Source: an uncultured Bacillales bacterium
GTDB lineage: Bacteria > Bacillota_I > Bacilli_A > RFN20 > CAG-826
DNA length: 64,000 bases
NCBI GenBank assembly: GCA_946409515.1
Contig: CAMJWS010000004.1
Location: forward strand, 36,013-100,012
Direction: 5' to 3'
The notes below the pieces were generated by a model. It made no database searches. It had not been told where the DNA came from and worked only from the letters and a program-made list of their open reading frames with translations. Within the stretch, counting starts at the first letter, position 1, and the number at the start of each line of letters is the position of its first letter. Of this stretch, positions 30,863-40,383 are shown piece by piece. A program made the position numbers and the translations under genes.

Positions 30863-31321
30863 TTAATCTTCTCCGTTTTTAATGCTGCGTTTAATATCTC
30901 TTTGTTTAATGGTTTCACGCTTGTCGTAAAGCTTTTTACCTTTCGCTAATGCGATTTCCATTTTGGCTTTGCCTCTCTTCAAATACACGCGTGTAGGCAC
31001 GATTGTGAAGCCATCTCGTTTAGCTTTTTCTTCAAACCATTTAATTTCTTTTTTGTGAAGTAATAACTTGCGTGTTCTTAATGGATCGTGATTAAAGATA
31101 TTACCTTTATCATATGGATTGATGTGCATATTAAGAACTTCCATCTCACCACCTCTAATAACGATATAAGCGTCGTTAAGAGAGCAGCCATGTGTACGTA
31201 AAGATTTGATTTCAGTGCCTACTAAAACAAGACCACACTCTGTAAATTCACTTAAAAAGTAATTAAAGTGTGCCTTCTTATTACTAGTAATGATTTTAAT
31301 GCCAGTATCTGTCTTATTCAT
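30863..31321 (-). CDS. smpB: SsrA-binding protein SmpB
   Basis: ...AHFNYFLSEFTECGLVLVGTEIKSLR... SmpB family. ATG at 31321 with GAGGG RBS. Confidence 0.9.
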   Translation of the reverse strand: MNKTDTGIKIITSNKKAHFNYFLSEFTECGLVLVGTEIKSLRTHGCSLNDAYIVIRGGEMEVLNMHINPYDKGNIFNHDPLRTRKLLLHKKEIKWFEEKAKRDGFTIVPTRVYLKRGKAKMEIALAKGKKLYDKRETIKQRDIKRSIKNGED

Positions 31322-33176
31322 TTGAGCCCTCACGAGAAATGGTTTGTAGCACCTTTGTAAATCCTACATCAAAGAATGCATATAAATGGTTATTCTCTTT
31401 TTTATAAAAAATAGAGAATGCTATCATATAGAAGAATATAACGAAAATTGTAAATAATAAAATAGAGAATGTATCAAGCGTGAAATTAAGTTGAAGAGCT
31501 AAACTAACAAGGCTACCCACAACCACAGAAGAAGCAAACGGAATAATGAATTCTTTTCCTAAGAATAATAGTTTGCTATCACCACGTTTCTTGCTCATTA
31601 AAATGAGAGTAACAAAGGCACCAATTAGTGCAGCCGTTGCAACTGAAGCGACAATAATATAAATGACTAAGAGTGTTGGATGAGAATAGATTGGACGGAT
31701 TGAGAATGAAGTAGCAAAGGCCACAATCAAAGCTAATAAGAATGTGCCGACAAAATATAACACATCCCCTCTATGTGGTTTGACTAATGGAGCATTTTGC
31801 TCTTGTAAGTCTTTATTAAGCTCGACGAAATACTTTTCTTTACTAGCATTAACAACTGGTAAGAAGAAGATCATGGTTAAGTATGTACCTTCAATATTTG
31901 GCACAAAGAACATTGTGGATTCAGTGAAGCTATGAGCTAATGCACCAAGGAAGCAAATTCCGTAAATATAAGCGACACGGTACTTCTTATTCTTAATTAA
32001 ATGGACGATTCCAATGAAGAATGTGGATAGCAATGAAAGATAGAATAGCAAGCCAAATAAACCGTGTCTTAAAGTGATTTCAACAATGCCGTTATGAGCA
32101 CTTCTAGCTTCAAAACCACCATTCTGCAATGCATAGTATTTTGTGAAAATGGCGTTACCTGTCTTGTATCCTAAGCCGAATATCAAATCGACTGGTTTTT
32201 CACAAAGTAGATGGAAAACCGATGCCCATATGCCTGTTCTTGATGTTAATGTGCTGTAATCTTTTTTGAAGATATGAGTTTCCATGAATGACCATAAATT
32301 AACGAATAATGGTACATCAAGACTGATCATCATTGTGATGAATCCAAGCAAGGTCAATAGCACGCTGAAATAAATAAATAACAATCTAGCGGCATATCTT
32401 TTACGATCTTTAAACTTGGAAAGGATTTCATATAAGGTATAAGCAATAATTGCGATAGCACTAATAAACACTGATGTTGTGCATGATGAGAAGACAATCA
32501 TGATAAAGAAGTGAATCATTAACGAATAGTAGAAAGGATTGAACTTCCTGATGCTCAAAATAATGCAACTCAAGACAGCTACAAGGATGATATTTGCCCA
32601 AACATTGGAATTATAAATAACGAAAGCTAAACCACCACCGGTATATGTATTTGTGAAAATAGCGATAATGTCTTTGAATTCCATGACAATATCTGCAAGA
32701 GTACAAGTAAAAACCCCGATGACGTATGCAAACGTTAACCATTTTAACCATCTTCTAGATATTGAATAGCGATTAAAGACGAAGAGAATACCATATAAAA
32801 CAGCACACCAAGTGATAATCTGGAGCGTGAATGAAACCTTTTCTTGAACAGTAAATGAAACAAACACTACATCATTATCTAGTGTTAAGAAAGAACGGTC
32901 ACCTTGCCACCAAACAGTGGCAATAGAAACTAAACCGAATATAGTAATAATTGGAAGCAGAACTTTATCAATAGTAATCTTGTTTCTATTTCGCTCTCTA
33001 ACGTAGTAGACAATAAGTAAGAAAATCACGAACATTGAAAGCATAATTAAAGAATCGATACTCATGCCTCCCATGTGATCAGAGCTGAATAACGCAAAGT
33101 TTTCAGCTAGTAAGCAAGAGAACACGATGATAAACCAAAATAGTAAATATGTGAGAGTAAATCTTAATTTTCCCAT
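31314..33176 (-). CDS. Polytopic membrane protein with O-antigen ligase/polymerase (Wzy_C-like) domain
   Basis: 620 aa with more than 12 TM. Central loop ...FEARSAHNGIVEITLRHGLFGLLFYL... resembles the Wzy_C/WaaL family R...HN...E.G..G motif. Confidence 0.6.
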   Translation of the reverse strand: MGKLRFTLTYLLFWFIIVFSCLLAENFALFSSDHMGGMSIDSLIMLSMFVIFLLIVYYVRERNRNKITIDKVLLPIITIFGLVSIATVWWQGDRSFLTLDNDVVFVSFTVQEKVSFTLQIITWCAVLYGILFVFNRYSISRRWLKWLTFAYVIGVFTCTLADIVMEFKDIIAIFTNTYTGGGLAFVIYNSNVWANIILVAVLSCIILSIRKFNPFYYSLMIHFFIMIVFSSCTTSVFISAIAIIAYTLYEILSKFKDRKRYAARLLFIYFSVLLTLLGFITMMISLDVPLFVNLWSFMETHIFKKDYSTLTSRTGIWASVFHLLCEKPVDLIFGLGYKTGNAIFTKYYALQNGGFEARSAHNGIVEITLRHGLFGLLFYLSLLSTFFIGIVHLIKNKKYRVAYIYGICFLGALAHSFTESTMFFVPNIEGTYLTMIFFLPVVNASKEKYFVELNKDLQEQNAPLVKPHRGDVLYFVGTFLLALIVAFATSFSIRPIYSHPTLLVIYIIVASVATAALIGAFVTLILMSKKRGDSKLLFLGKEFIIPFASSVVVGSLVSLALQLNFTLDTFSILLFTIFVIFFYMIAFSIFYKKENNHLYAFFDVGFTKVLQTISREGSNE

Positions 33177-33208
33177 ATAGCTATTAAATAAGGCTCCTTC
33201 ACTGTCCC

Positions 33209-33225
33209 ACGTGTATTATACACGT
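33209..33225. promoter_or_regulatory. Perfect 7-3-7 inverted repeat ACGTGTA-tta-TACACGT in the divergent promoter region (candidate operator)
   Basis: Read directly at 33209..33225 between the divergent Wzy-like and Sir2 genes. A related half-site copy GTATACAC lies about 45 nt downstream. Confidence 0.4.
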
Positions 33226-33314
33226 TAGACAGAAAATTGAATATATTTCTTTTCGTATACACATAATTAACTATTCAAATACACAAATTAAATCAATCTT
33301 GCTATCATAAATAC

Positions 33315-34043
33315 ATGGAAAACAAATACGAAACATTACAAAAGATAATTAACGAAGCTCGTCAAATCGTTGTCTTCACCGGCGCTGGGATTTCTGTTCC
33401 TAGCGGTATTCCTGATTTCAGAAGCGCTAACGGCATATATAATCAAAAAACTAAATTCCAAGCTTCACCTGAAGAAATCATTTCTCACACATTCTTCCAA
33501 AACTATACTGAAGAATTCTATGAGTTCTATAAAGACAAAATGTGCTACCCAAAAGCACAACCAAATGCTGCTCATAAATACTTCGCAGATTTAGAAAAGA
33601 AGGGTAAAAACGTTATCGTTGTAACACAGAATATTGATGGCCTTCATCAAAAAGCTGGTTCAAAGATTGTTTATGAATTACATGGCACTATTCATCAAAA
33701 CTTCTGCACAAGATGTGGAAGATTATTTGGTCTTGATTATGTGATGAATTCTGAAGGTGTTCCTCACTGTGATAAATGCGGTGGCATCGTTAAACCTAAT
33801 GTCGTTTTATATGAAGAATCATTAGATGAAGATATTATCTCAAGATCTATCAATGCAATTATGACTTGTGACGTGATGATCGTTATTGGTACATCATTAA
33901 AAGTTTATCCAGCGGCGGGCTTTATTCGTTACTTCAAAGGCCGCTATTTAGTGGTCATTAATAAAGAATCCACATCATACGACAACATGTGTGATTTAGT
34001 CTTCAATGAAGACGTTATCAACGTTGTCAAAAACTTAAAATAA
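33315..34043 (+). CDS. NAD-dependent protein deacylase, Sir2 family (CobB-like)
   Basis: GAGISVPSGIPDFRS motif and Cys-x2-Cys...Cys-x2-Cys zinc motif (CTRCG...CDKCG). Confidence 0.88.
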   Translation: MENKYETLQKIINEARQIVVFTGAGISVPSGIPDFRSANGIYNQKTKFQASPEEIISHTFFQNYTEEFYEFYKDKMCYPKAQPNAAHKYFADLEKKGKNVIVVTQNIDGLHQKAGSKIVYELHGTIHQNFCTRCGRLFGLDYVMNSEGVPHCDKCGGIVKPNVVLYEESLDEDIISRSINAIMTCDVMIVIGTSLKVYPAAGFIRYFKGRYLVVINKESTSYDNMCDLVFNEDVINVVKNLK

Positions 34044-34699
34044 TGAAAACGCTTATTTTTGACTTAGATGGAACAATCCTAGACACACTCGTAGACTTGA
34101 AAAACGCTGTAAATCACGCGTTAAATTTTTATAATCTGCCTGAAAAGGACCTAGAATTCGTGAGAAAAGCCATCGGAAACGGCACTACTATTCTAATTAA
34201 AAGGTGTACCCCATCCGCCCTATCTGATGAGGAAAGAAATAGAGTATTCAATATCTTTAAATCATATTATTTAGAGCACTATGCGGATTACACCAAACCC
34301 TATGAAGGCATTAAAGAAATGCTTATTAATCTTAAAGGCAAAGTAACTCTTGCAGTGGTCTCTAACAAGGACAACGACTTAACTAACAAAATCATTAATA
34401 AAGAGTTCCCTGGCCTATTCGATATTATCCAAGGTTCATACCTAAATCATCCCAAGAAACCTGACCCATATCTTATTAATAAAATAATTAAGGAAAATAA
34501 TATAGATAGAGCTAACTGCCTCTATATTGGAGACACTAATGTAGATAAGGAAAGCGCCACTAATGTTGGCTTACCATATTTACTAGTTAACTATGGCTAT
34601 CGCACAAAAGAAGAACTAGAAAAAATGTGTCCTAACGACACAACTCTTTCTTCTATAAATGAATTATATAGCCAACTATTAAAGTGGGTTAACTTATAA
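34043..34699 (+). CDS. HAD-superfamily hydrolase (phosphatase, PGP/PpaX-like)
   Basis: MKTLIFDLDGTILDT (motif I DxDGT) and GDTNVD (motif IV). Its start overlaps the Sir2 stop. Confidence 0.8.
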   Translation: MKTLIFDLDGTILDTLVDLKNAVNHALNFYNLPEKDLEFVRKAIGNGTTILIKRCTPSALSDEERNRVFNIFKSYYLEHYADYTKPYEGIKEMLINLKGKVTLAVVSNKDNDLTNKIINKEFPGLFDIIQGSYLNHPKKPDPYLINKIIKENNIDRANCLYIGDTNVDKESATNVGLPYLLVNYGYRTKEELEKMCPNDTTLSSINELYSQLLKWVNL

Positions 34700-35194
34700 A
34701 GTGGTTATTCTTTCCTCAATATATTTCTCGACTGCTTCTCTAGGTTGCTTATATGAAATAGCTAATTCATCCAATAACATGTTTTTAGCGTAGTTAAGCA
34801 TATCTAAATCAACAGGACCTAATTTGATCTCATCATTATTCTCACCTAATTTGTTATAGAAGAATAATTGACGATATAAATAAGCGATATCTTTAACGTC
34901 ACCAGAAGATAATCTCTTTTTATAAGCATCTCTTCTTTGCTTTGTATTAGTATTGAAGTCTTTACCAATCTTTTTAACTAGTTTAAGAAGTTCATCGGCT
35001 TCTTTAGCGGTCATGATATGACGAATGATACTATCAGCGGAATCCACTGGAACATAGAAAGTTTCACCGCTTATACGATTTACTTGCACAAGAAAATACT
35101 CTTTGCCATTCATTTCCTTGCTCCCAATAATTGTTGAGAGACCTTCACGGCAATGGATAACTTCATTGTTCACATTAAAATCTGACATATACAT
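34694..35194 (-). CDS. CarD/CdnL-family RNA-polymerase-binding transcription factor (probable)
   Basis: The N-terminal segment FNVNNEVIHCREGLSTIIGSKEMNGKEYFLVQV resembles the CarD_CdnL_TRCF RNAP-interacting domain, followed by a helical C-terminal domain. Convergent with the HAD gene, with a 6-nt overlap. Confidence 0.5.
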   Translation of the reverse strand: MYMSDFNVNNEVIHCREGLSTIIGSKEMNGKEYFLVQVNRISGETFYVPVDSADSIIRHIMTAKEADELLKLVKKIGKDFNTNTKQRRDAYKKRLSSGDVKDIAYLYRQLFFYNKLGENNDEIKLGPVDLDMLNYAKNMLLDELAISYKQPREAVEKYIEERITTL

Positions 35195-35248
35195 AAATAT
35201 TATGTCATTTTTTTAAATTTTATGTAAGTTTTAGAGTAAAAAACCTTG

Positions 35249-36889
35249 TTAGAAAGAAGACTTTAATGGACAAGTCCTATTAAAAATTAAGTGTTCTTTT
35301 GTGGATAATTTATCTGTGCAATAATAACCAGTTCTAATGAATTGGAAATGATCTAAAGGTTGTGTGTCTTTTAAGGATGCTTCCACGAAACCTTCAAGTT
35401 TAATTAATGAATTTGGATTTAATCTTTCAATGAATGATTGACCTTTTGTTTCTTCGGTTTCATCGAACACTAATGGTTCATAAAGATTAAAGGTGGCTGG
35501 TAAGGCTGTTGTGGCTTCAACATAATGGATTGTACCATTTGGTTTACGGGCATCAAAACCACTACCAGATTTGGTTTCTGGGTCGTATGTGCAGTGGATT
35601 TCAACGATGTTGCCGTTTTCATCTTTAACTACACTATTGCATCTAATGAAATAAGCATGCATTAAACGGACTTCATCGCCAACAGATAATCTCTTCCATT
35701 TGCGGTTTGGTTTTTCTTCAATGAAGTCTTCTTTTTCAATATATAAATATTTACCAAAAGCAATCTGACGAGTTCCTAATTCTTCGTTTTCCATATTATT
35801 AGAAGCATCGCAATATTCGATTTGTCCTTCTGGATAGTTATCAATGACCACTTTTAATGGATTTAAGACCGCCATTGGACGAGTGGCTTTAAGTTTTAAT
35901 TCTTCTCTAAGGAAATTATCAAGAGTATCCGCATTTGTGGTGCTATTGATTCTTGATAAGCCAGTATAAAGAATGAAGTTTCTAATAGCAGCAGGTGTTA
36001 GACCTTTTCTTTTTAAACCGACTAATGTTGGCATACGTGGGTCATCATAGCCATCAACGTAACCACCATCGACTAATTGACGGAGATATCTTTTGGACAT
36101 CACTGTATTAGTAATATTTAATCTGCCCCATTCATATTGATGTGGGACATGTGGCATTTCACATTTTTCAACAAACCAGTCATATAAAGGACGATGGTTA
36201 TCGAATTCTAATGAACATAAGGAATGGGTGACGCCTTCAATTGCGTCTTGTAATGGGTGCGCAAAATCATACATTGGGTAGATACACCATTTATTACCTT
36301 GTCTATGATGTGGGACATGTAAAATACGATACATGACAGGGTCACGCATATTGATGTTAGGGGAAGCCATATCGATTTTCGCTCTTAAGGTCTTCTCACC
36401 ATTACCATATTTGCCATCTCTCATTTCTTGGAACAATTTTAAGTTTTCTTCGATGGATCTATTTCTACATGGGGAATCTTTACCAGGTTCAGTTAATGTA
36501 CCACGATAAGCAGTAATCTCATCAGCGTTAAGATCATCGACATACGCTAAGCCTTTTTTAATAAGAAGAATTGCTCTATTGTATGTTTCTTCAAAATAAT
36601 CACTACCAAAGAAAATGTTCTTAGGTTCATAGCCTAACCATTTAATATCATTAATAATAGCTTGGACATATTCAGCGCCCTCATTAACTGGGTTAGTATC
36701 ATCAAATCTTAAATTTGTGTAACCACCAAATGCTTTTGCAAGCTCAAAGTCATTGATAACCGCTCTAGCGTGACCAATGTGTAAATAGGCGTTTGGTTCA
36801 GGAGGGAAACGTGTGACGATTGTTTTAACACGTCCTTCTTCCAAGTCTTTTTCCATGATTGTTTTGATAAAGTTATTAATTTCTTCCAT
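35249..36889 (-). CDS. glnS: Glutaminyl-tRNA synthetase
   Basis: TRFPPEPNAYLHIGHARA (GlnRS-type HIGH region) and VMSKR (KMSKS), with an N-terminal HIGH region typical of GlnRS; 546 aa. Confidence 0.85.
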   Translation of the reverse strand: MEEINNFIKTIMEKDLEEGRVKTIVTRFPPEPNAYLHIGHARAVINDFELAKAFGGYTNLRFDDTNPVNEGAEYVQAIINDIKWLGYEPKNIFFGSDYFEETYNRAILLIKKGLAYVDDLNADEITAYRGTLTEPGKDSPCRNRSIEENLKLFQEMRDGKYGNGEKTLRAKIDMASPNINMRDPVMYRILHVPHHRQGNKWCIYPMYDFAHPLQDAIEGVTHSLCSLEFDNHRPLYDWFVEKCEMPHVPHQYEWGRLNITNTVMSKRYLRQLVDGGYVDGYDDPRMPTLVGLKRKGLTPAAIRNFILYTGLSRINSTTNADTLDNFLREELKLKATRPMAVLNPLKVVIDNYPEGQIEYCDASNNMENEELGTRQIAFGKYLYIEKEDFIEEKPNRKWKRLSVGDEVRLMHAYFIRCNSVVKDENGNIVEIHCTYDPETKSGSGFDARKPNGTIHYVEATTALPATFNLYEPLVFDETEETKGQSFIERLNPNSLIKLEGFVEASLKDTQPLDHFQFIRTGYYCTDKLSTKEHLIFNRTCPLKSSF

Positions 36890-36960
36890 AAAAAAGTCCT
36901 CGGAGATATTTTACGCTTGTATAACAACTATTCAAATACTTTTGAATTTAGTTGTTTTAA

Positions 36961-37818
36961 TTAGCCTTGTTTCTTTTTGTTGAAGACCGGCCAGAAAGCA
37001 TCTGCACCATAATCAATACGATTAAGTTTCATGAGTTCAATCATGTCTTCTTCACTAATTTCAAAATCTAGTTTCATATTATCTTCAATATGTTCTTTAC
37101 TAGATGCTTTTGGAATAGAGATTGTATCTAATTGTAAGGTGTATTTGATACATAGCTGAGGTACTGATACACCATACTTTTTCGCCATTGCTTGAATCTT
37201 CACGTCATCTAACGCTCTACCATGAGCGATTGGAGAATAAGCTTCCACAACGATATCGTTTTCTTGGCAGAATTTAATAACATCAACAGGGGTTTCACCG
37301 ATATGCAAAAGGATTTGATTAGCCATCGGTTTGATTTCACAATTATTGATGATGTTTTCAAGGTCATCCACTAAGAAATTCGATACACCTATCGCCTTAA
37401 GTTTACCTTCTTTATAGGCTTCTTCCATGGCTTTCCATACTTGAATATTCTGTTTGAAGTATCTAAATGGCCCTCTAAATAATGCCCAAGGTTGTGGGCA
37501 GTGAATAAGCATTAAATCAATATAATCAACACCTAATTTCTTTAACGATTCATCGATTGATGCTTTAGCTTTTGCATAAGACTTTAGTTCTGCTTTAACT
37601 TTGGAGGTAATAAAGACTTCTTCTCTTTTAAGACCAGACTCTCTAATACCTTGTCCAACGCCTTCTTCATTGCCGTATGCTTGTGCGGTATCGATGTGGC
37701 GATAACCAGCTTCTAAAGCCATCTTAACACAGTTAGCGGCATTCTCATTTTTAATTAGCCATGTCCCATACGCTAAAGCTGGTGCTTTAACACCATTGTG
37801 CAAAACAAATTCTTTCAT
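36961..37818 (-). CDS. Aldo/keto reductase family oxidoreductase
   Basis: ...AYGTWLIKNENAANCVKMALEAGYRHIDTAQAYGNEEGVG... AKR signatures. ATG at 37818 with AGAGGG RBS. Confidence 0.85.
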   Translation of the reverse strand: MKEFVLHNGVKAPALAYGTWLIKNENAANCVKMALEAGYRHIDTAQAYGNEEGVGQGIRESGLKREEVFITSKVKAELKSYAKAKASIDESLKKLGVDYIDLMLIHCPQPWALFRGPFRYFKQNIQVWKAMEEAYKEGKLKAIGVSNFLVDDLENIINNCEIKPMANQILLHIGETPVDVIKFCQENDIVVEAYSPIAHGRALDDVKIQAMAKKYGVSVPQLCIKYTLQLDTISIPKASSKEHIEDNMKLDFEISEEDMIELMKLNRIDYGADAFWPVFNKKKQG

Positions 37819-37891
37819 ATTTAAAAACCCTCTAAAGACATTTTGCCATAGAGGGTTTATTTTTAGCAAAGATTTTGCTTTTAAATGTTTT

Positions 37892-40276
37892 CTAGTAGAC
37901 CAATCTCACTTGTTCAGTGAACAACAAGCGATAATCAAAATTATTATGAACAAATTCGATTTCTAAGTTAGTATCGTTAGCAATGTTATAACCAACAATA
38001 TCAAAGTACTGACCTGTTGTTGTTAAACCTAATTGTCCATATGTCTGACCGTTTGTAAGAAGAATGCTTTGGGTAGCGCCATTAATCTTTACTTCATATT
38101 TGCTACTATCGAACGTTTGAGAAGAATGTGTGCTGTAAGACATCTTTATATTGAATTGAAGTTTAACTTCACCTGCCTTTGCAGGAATATCCCATTTGAA
38201 TGTGGTTTTGACCTTGTTATTGCCAGAGCCGCCGATTTTACCATCGCTGTCAATTGAACCATCTATGGATGTGTAGTCAGTAAACTTAATAGCAATATAC
38301 TTTTTACCACAGTCGCATAAATAAGTAGTGACTTGTTTGCCAGCTTTATTTGTGATTGGAGTTTGTGCGACATAGTTATGGGTTGTATGTTCGCCACCTA
38401 CACCACCACCTTGAGAGCCACCACCTTGAGCAGTAGCGGCATCAAAGATATAAATACCGCCAATGTTCATCGAATTTGAGGTGCCTGTGACCTTAATTGT
38501 GTGGCTACCCTCTGAAATATCAACTTCGCCTAGAATAACCGGGTAATAGTTATATCTTGAGCCACACTTGCCCATTCTTGCATCTGAATATGTTTGATCT
38601 TTCATGCTGATGGAAGTGTTGTCTAATGAGCAACCGACTGCATCCGCTATTTTTTTAGAAGAAGATGAATCACCATTTCCTAAATAGGCAACAACTTGAC
38701 CCTTATATGCTTTAGAGGCATTAAAAGTATAGCTAACTGATTGAGAAGAACTATTTAAGGTGTAATAGTTATCTGGATTATTTCTATCAGAGGCATCAGT
38801 TTTAAGGCTTGTTCCTGAAGCAGTTAATGTGTTAGCGGGCGCAATTACTTGACCTGCGTCATTGTCTTTTGCTACTTGTCCTTCTGTCAAATTAGCGATG
38901 ACGGTATCTAATGTAGTCTTAGAAACGCCAATTGAAAGTAGCATGTTGTAAACTTTATTTTTGAATGTTTTGCCTGACATGTTTTGGATGTCATTAATAT
39001 AGTTTTGAATATTATCTTTACCAGCTTTTGGGCCAATATATCTCTTTTCTTGGATCTTACCAAAGTTAGAGAATAAGTAGTCTTGATATATTTCATTTAG
39101 GGAAACACCAAGTAAACCAGATAATAAGATTGCACATAAGCCAGTTCTATCTGTGCCAATACGGCAATGAAAGAAAACAGGATAGTTATTTGAATCGCCT
39201 AATAAGTTAAAAAAGTTTTTAACAGATTCGGTATTTCTAGAGAAGTGATGAGAACCACCGTCATAATCCATTAAGAAGTCTTTTACAGTTGTACCGCTTA
39301 ACTTAAGGTTATATTTAGTGCCATCAGCTACATTTACTTCGGTCTTCACTTTTAAGTGTTGAAGCATTTCTTTTTTGCCATCTTCTGTAATCACAGTGCT
39401 ATAGTCATACTGGTACCCACTTGTTCTATAGACAAGGCCTTGCTTCATTTTGCCACCATCTTCAAGAACTCTTCCACCCATATCGCGGCAGTTAGTCATG
39501 CCACCGATGGTGAGATTTCTTGGATAAGTTGTATCTACATCAAAGAATCTAATTTCAGTCGATTCTTTTTGTCCATCAGAGAAGTTAGCCACTAATTTAT
39601 AGTAGTTTCTACCTAAATATGGATTGTAATAGGCTACTGACTTAGTTGATGTCTTGATTTCATAACCATCGCTTAAGTCTTCTTTTTGACCGCTTATGAA
39701 GCTGTAGTTAGAAACTGTTTTACCACTAGGAGCGGTGTAGTTCCACGAAAGATTGACTGGTAACGAATCTGAAAGGTGTTGCGTGCCATCTGGATATTGA
39801 TTCTCAGGCATTTGATCATAATTACCAGAATAAGATAAATAAGCCTTCTGATCGGCAGTATGAATCTCTACTGGAGCGTTAAACTCTGTGATGTTAGAAA
39901 AGTTACCTTCGCCAACGGGAGGCTGGCTAGTAGATGAACTGCTAGAAGAGCTCGATGAAGAAGAACTACTAGAGCCGCTGCTTGATGATGGCTTGCTACT
40001 AGAACTACTACTAGAAGAAGATTTGCTACTGCTCGAACTAGAACCGCTACTCTTGCTAGAGCTAGAAGAACTGCTCTTGTTTGAATTTGAACTAGATTTG
40101 TTTGAACTACTAGATGCAGACTCGCTAGACTCAGAATCACTTGAAGATATTGAACCGCTTTCTATAACACTAGAAGGTTCTTTGCTTTCCTGACTGCTAT
40201 TAGCCACTACAGTACATGAAGAAATAATTAGCGTTGATAAAAAAGCTAAACTTAGAAACATTTTTCTTTTTTTCAT
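37892..40276 (-). CDS. Large surface lipoprotein (794 aa): ~85-aa Ser-rich linker, PRNL beta-domain, cysteine-phosphatase domain (PF13350-like) and two C-terminal beta-rich, possibly carbohydrate-binding, domains
   Basis: Lipobox LIISSC. Ser-rich tract SSSNKSSSNSNKSSSSSSSK.... The motifs TYPRNLTIGGMTNCRDMGG and FFHCRIGTDRTG (HCX5R) follow, and then a long Gly/Thr/Asn-rich C-terminal region. Confidence 0.75.
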   Translation of the reverse strand: MKKRKMFLSLAFLSTLIISSCTVVANSSQESKEPSSVIESGSISSSDSESSESASSSSNKSSSNSNKSSSSSSSKSSGSSSSSSKSSSSSSSSSKPSSSSGSSSSSSSSSSSSSSTSQPPVGEGNFSNITEFNAPVEIHTADQKAYLSYSGNYDQMPENQYPDGTQHLSDSLPVNLSWNYTAPSGKTVSNYSFISGQKEDLSDGYEIKTSTKSVAYYNPYLGRNYYKLVANFSDGQKESTEIRFFDVDTTYPRNLTIGGMTNCRDMGGRVLEDGGKMKQGLVYRTSGYQYDYSTVITEDGKKEMLQHLKVKTEVNVADGTKYNLKLSGTTVKDFLMDYDGGSHHFSRNTESVKNFFNLLGDSNNYPVFFHCRIGTDRTGLCAILLSGLLGVSLNEIYQDYLFSNFGKIQEKRYIGPKAGKDNIQNYINDIQNMSGKTFKNKVYNMLLSIGVSKTTLDTVIANLTEGQVAKDNDAGQVIAPANTLTASGTSLKTDASDRNNPDNYYTLNSSSQSVSYTFNASKAYKGQVVAYLGNGDSSSSKKIADAVGCSLDNTSISMKDQTYSDARMGKCGSRYNYYPVILGEVDISEGSHTIKVTGTSNSMNIGGIYIFDAATAQGGGSQGGGVGGEHTTHNYVAQTPITNKAGKQVTTYLCDCGKKYIAIKFTDYTSIDGSIDSDGKIGGSGNNKVKTTFKWDIPAKAGEVKLQFNIKMSYSTHSSQTFDSSKYEVKINGATQSILLTNGQTYGQLGLTTTGQYFDIVGYNIANDTNLEIEFVHNNFDYRLLFTEQVRLVY
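39930..40190 (-). repeat. Low-complexity Ser-codon tandem repeat (AGC/AGT/TCT/TCG-rich) encoding the poly-Ser linker
   Basis: Visible as gctagaagaact/gctactagaa-type reiterations. The +strand ORF 39888..40193 and the small -strand ORF 39868..40140 are alternative-frame artefacts of this tract. Confidence 0.7.
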
Positions 40277-40335
40277 AGATGTAACTCCCTTGGATATTTA
40301 TATTTTCATATATGAAAAATTAATAATCAACAAAT

Positions 40336-40368
40336 AAAATAAAAGGCTCTCTTAAGAGAACCTTTTTT
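40336..40368 (-). terminator. Intrinsic terminator downstream of the 546-aa lipoprotein gene
   Basis: aaaauaaaaGGCUCUCuuaaGAGAACCuuuuuug: a hairpin flanked by A-rich and T-rich tracts. Confidence 0.55.
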
Positions 40369-40383
40369 GATTAGTTTTTGCAA

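Noticed and set aside
34694-34699. Convergent 6-nt overlap between the HAD hydrolase and CarD-like genes
   Set aside because: Small convergent overlaps are common in compact genomes. The absence of a terminator between them is noted, but it is not evidence of a special feature.
36890-36960. Possible T-box or other tRNA-sensing leader upstream of glnS/argS
   Set aside because: The space upstream of glnS is only ~70 nt, and argS is translationally coupled to ispF. That is too short for a T-box riboswitch.
39868-40193. Leu-rich and Glu/Leu-rich ORFs (39868..40140 minus, 39888..40193 plus)
   Set aside because: These are alternative-frame readings of the Ser-codon repeat that encodes the poly-Ser linker of the 794-aa lipoprotein. 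The repetitive DNA keeps every frame open.
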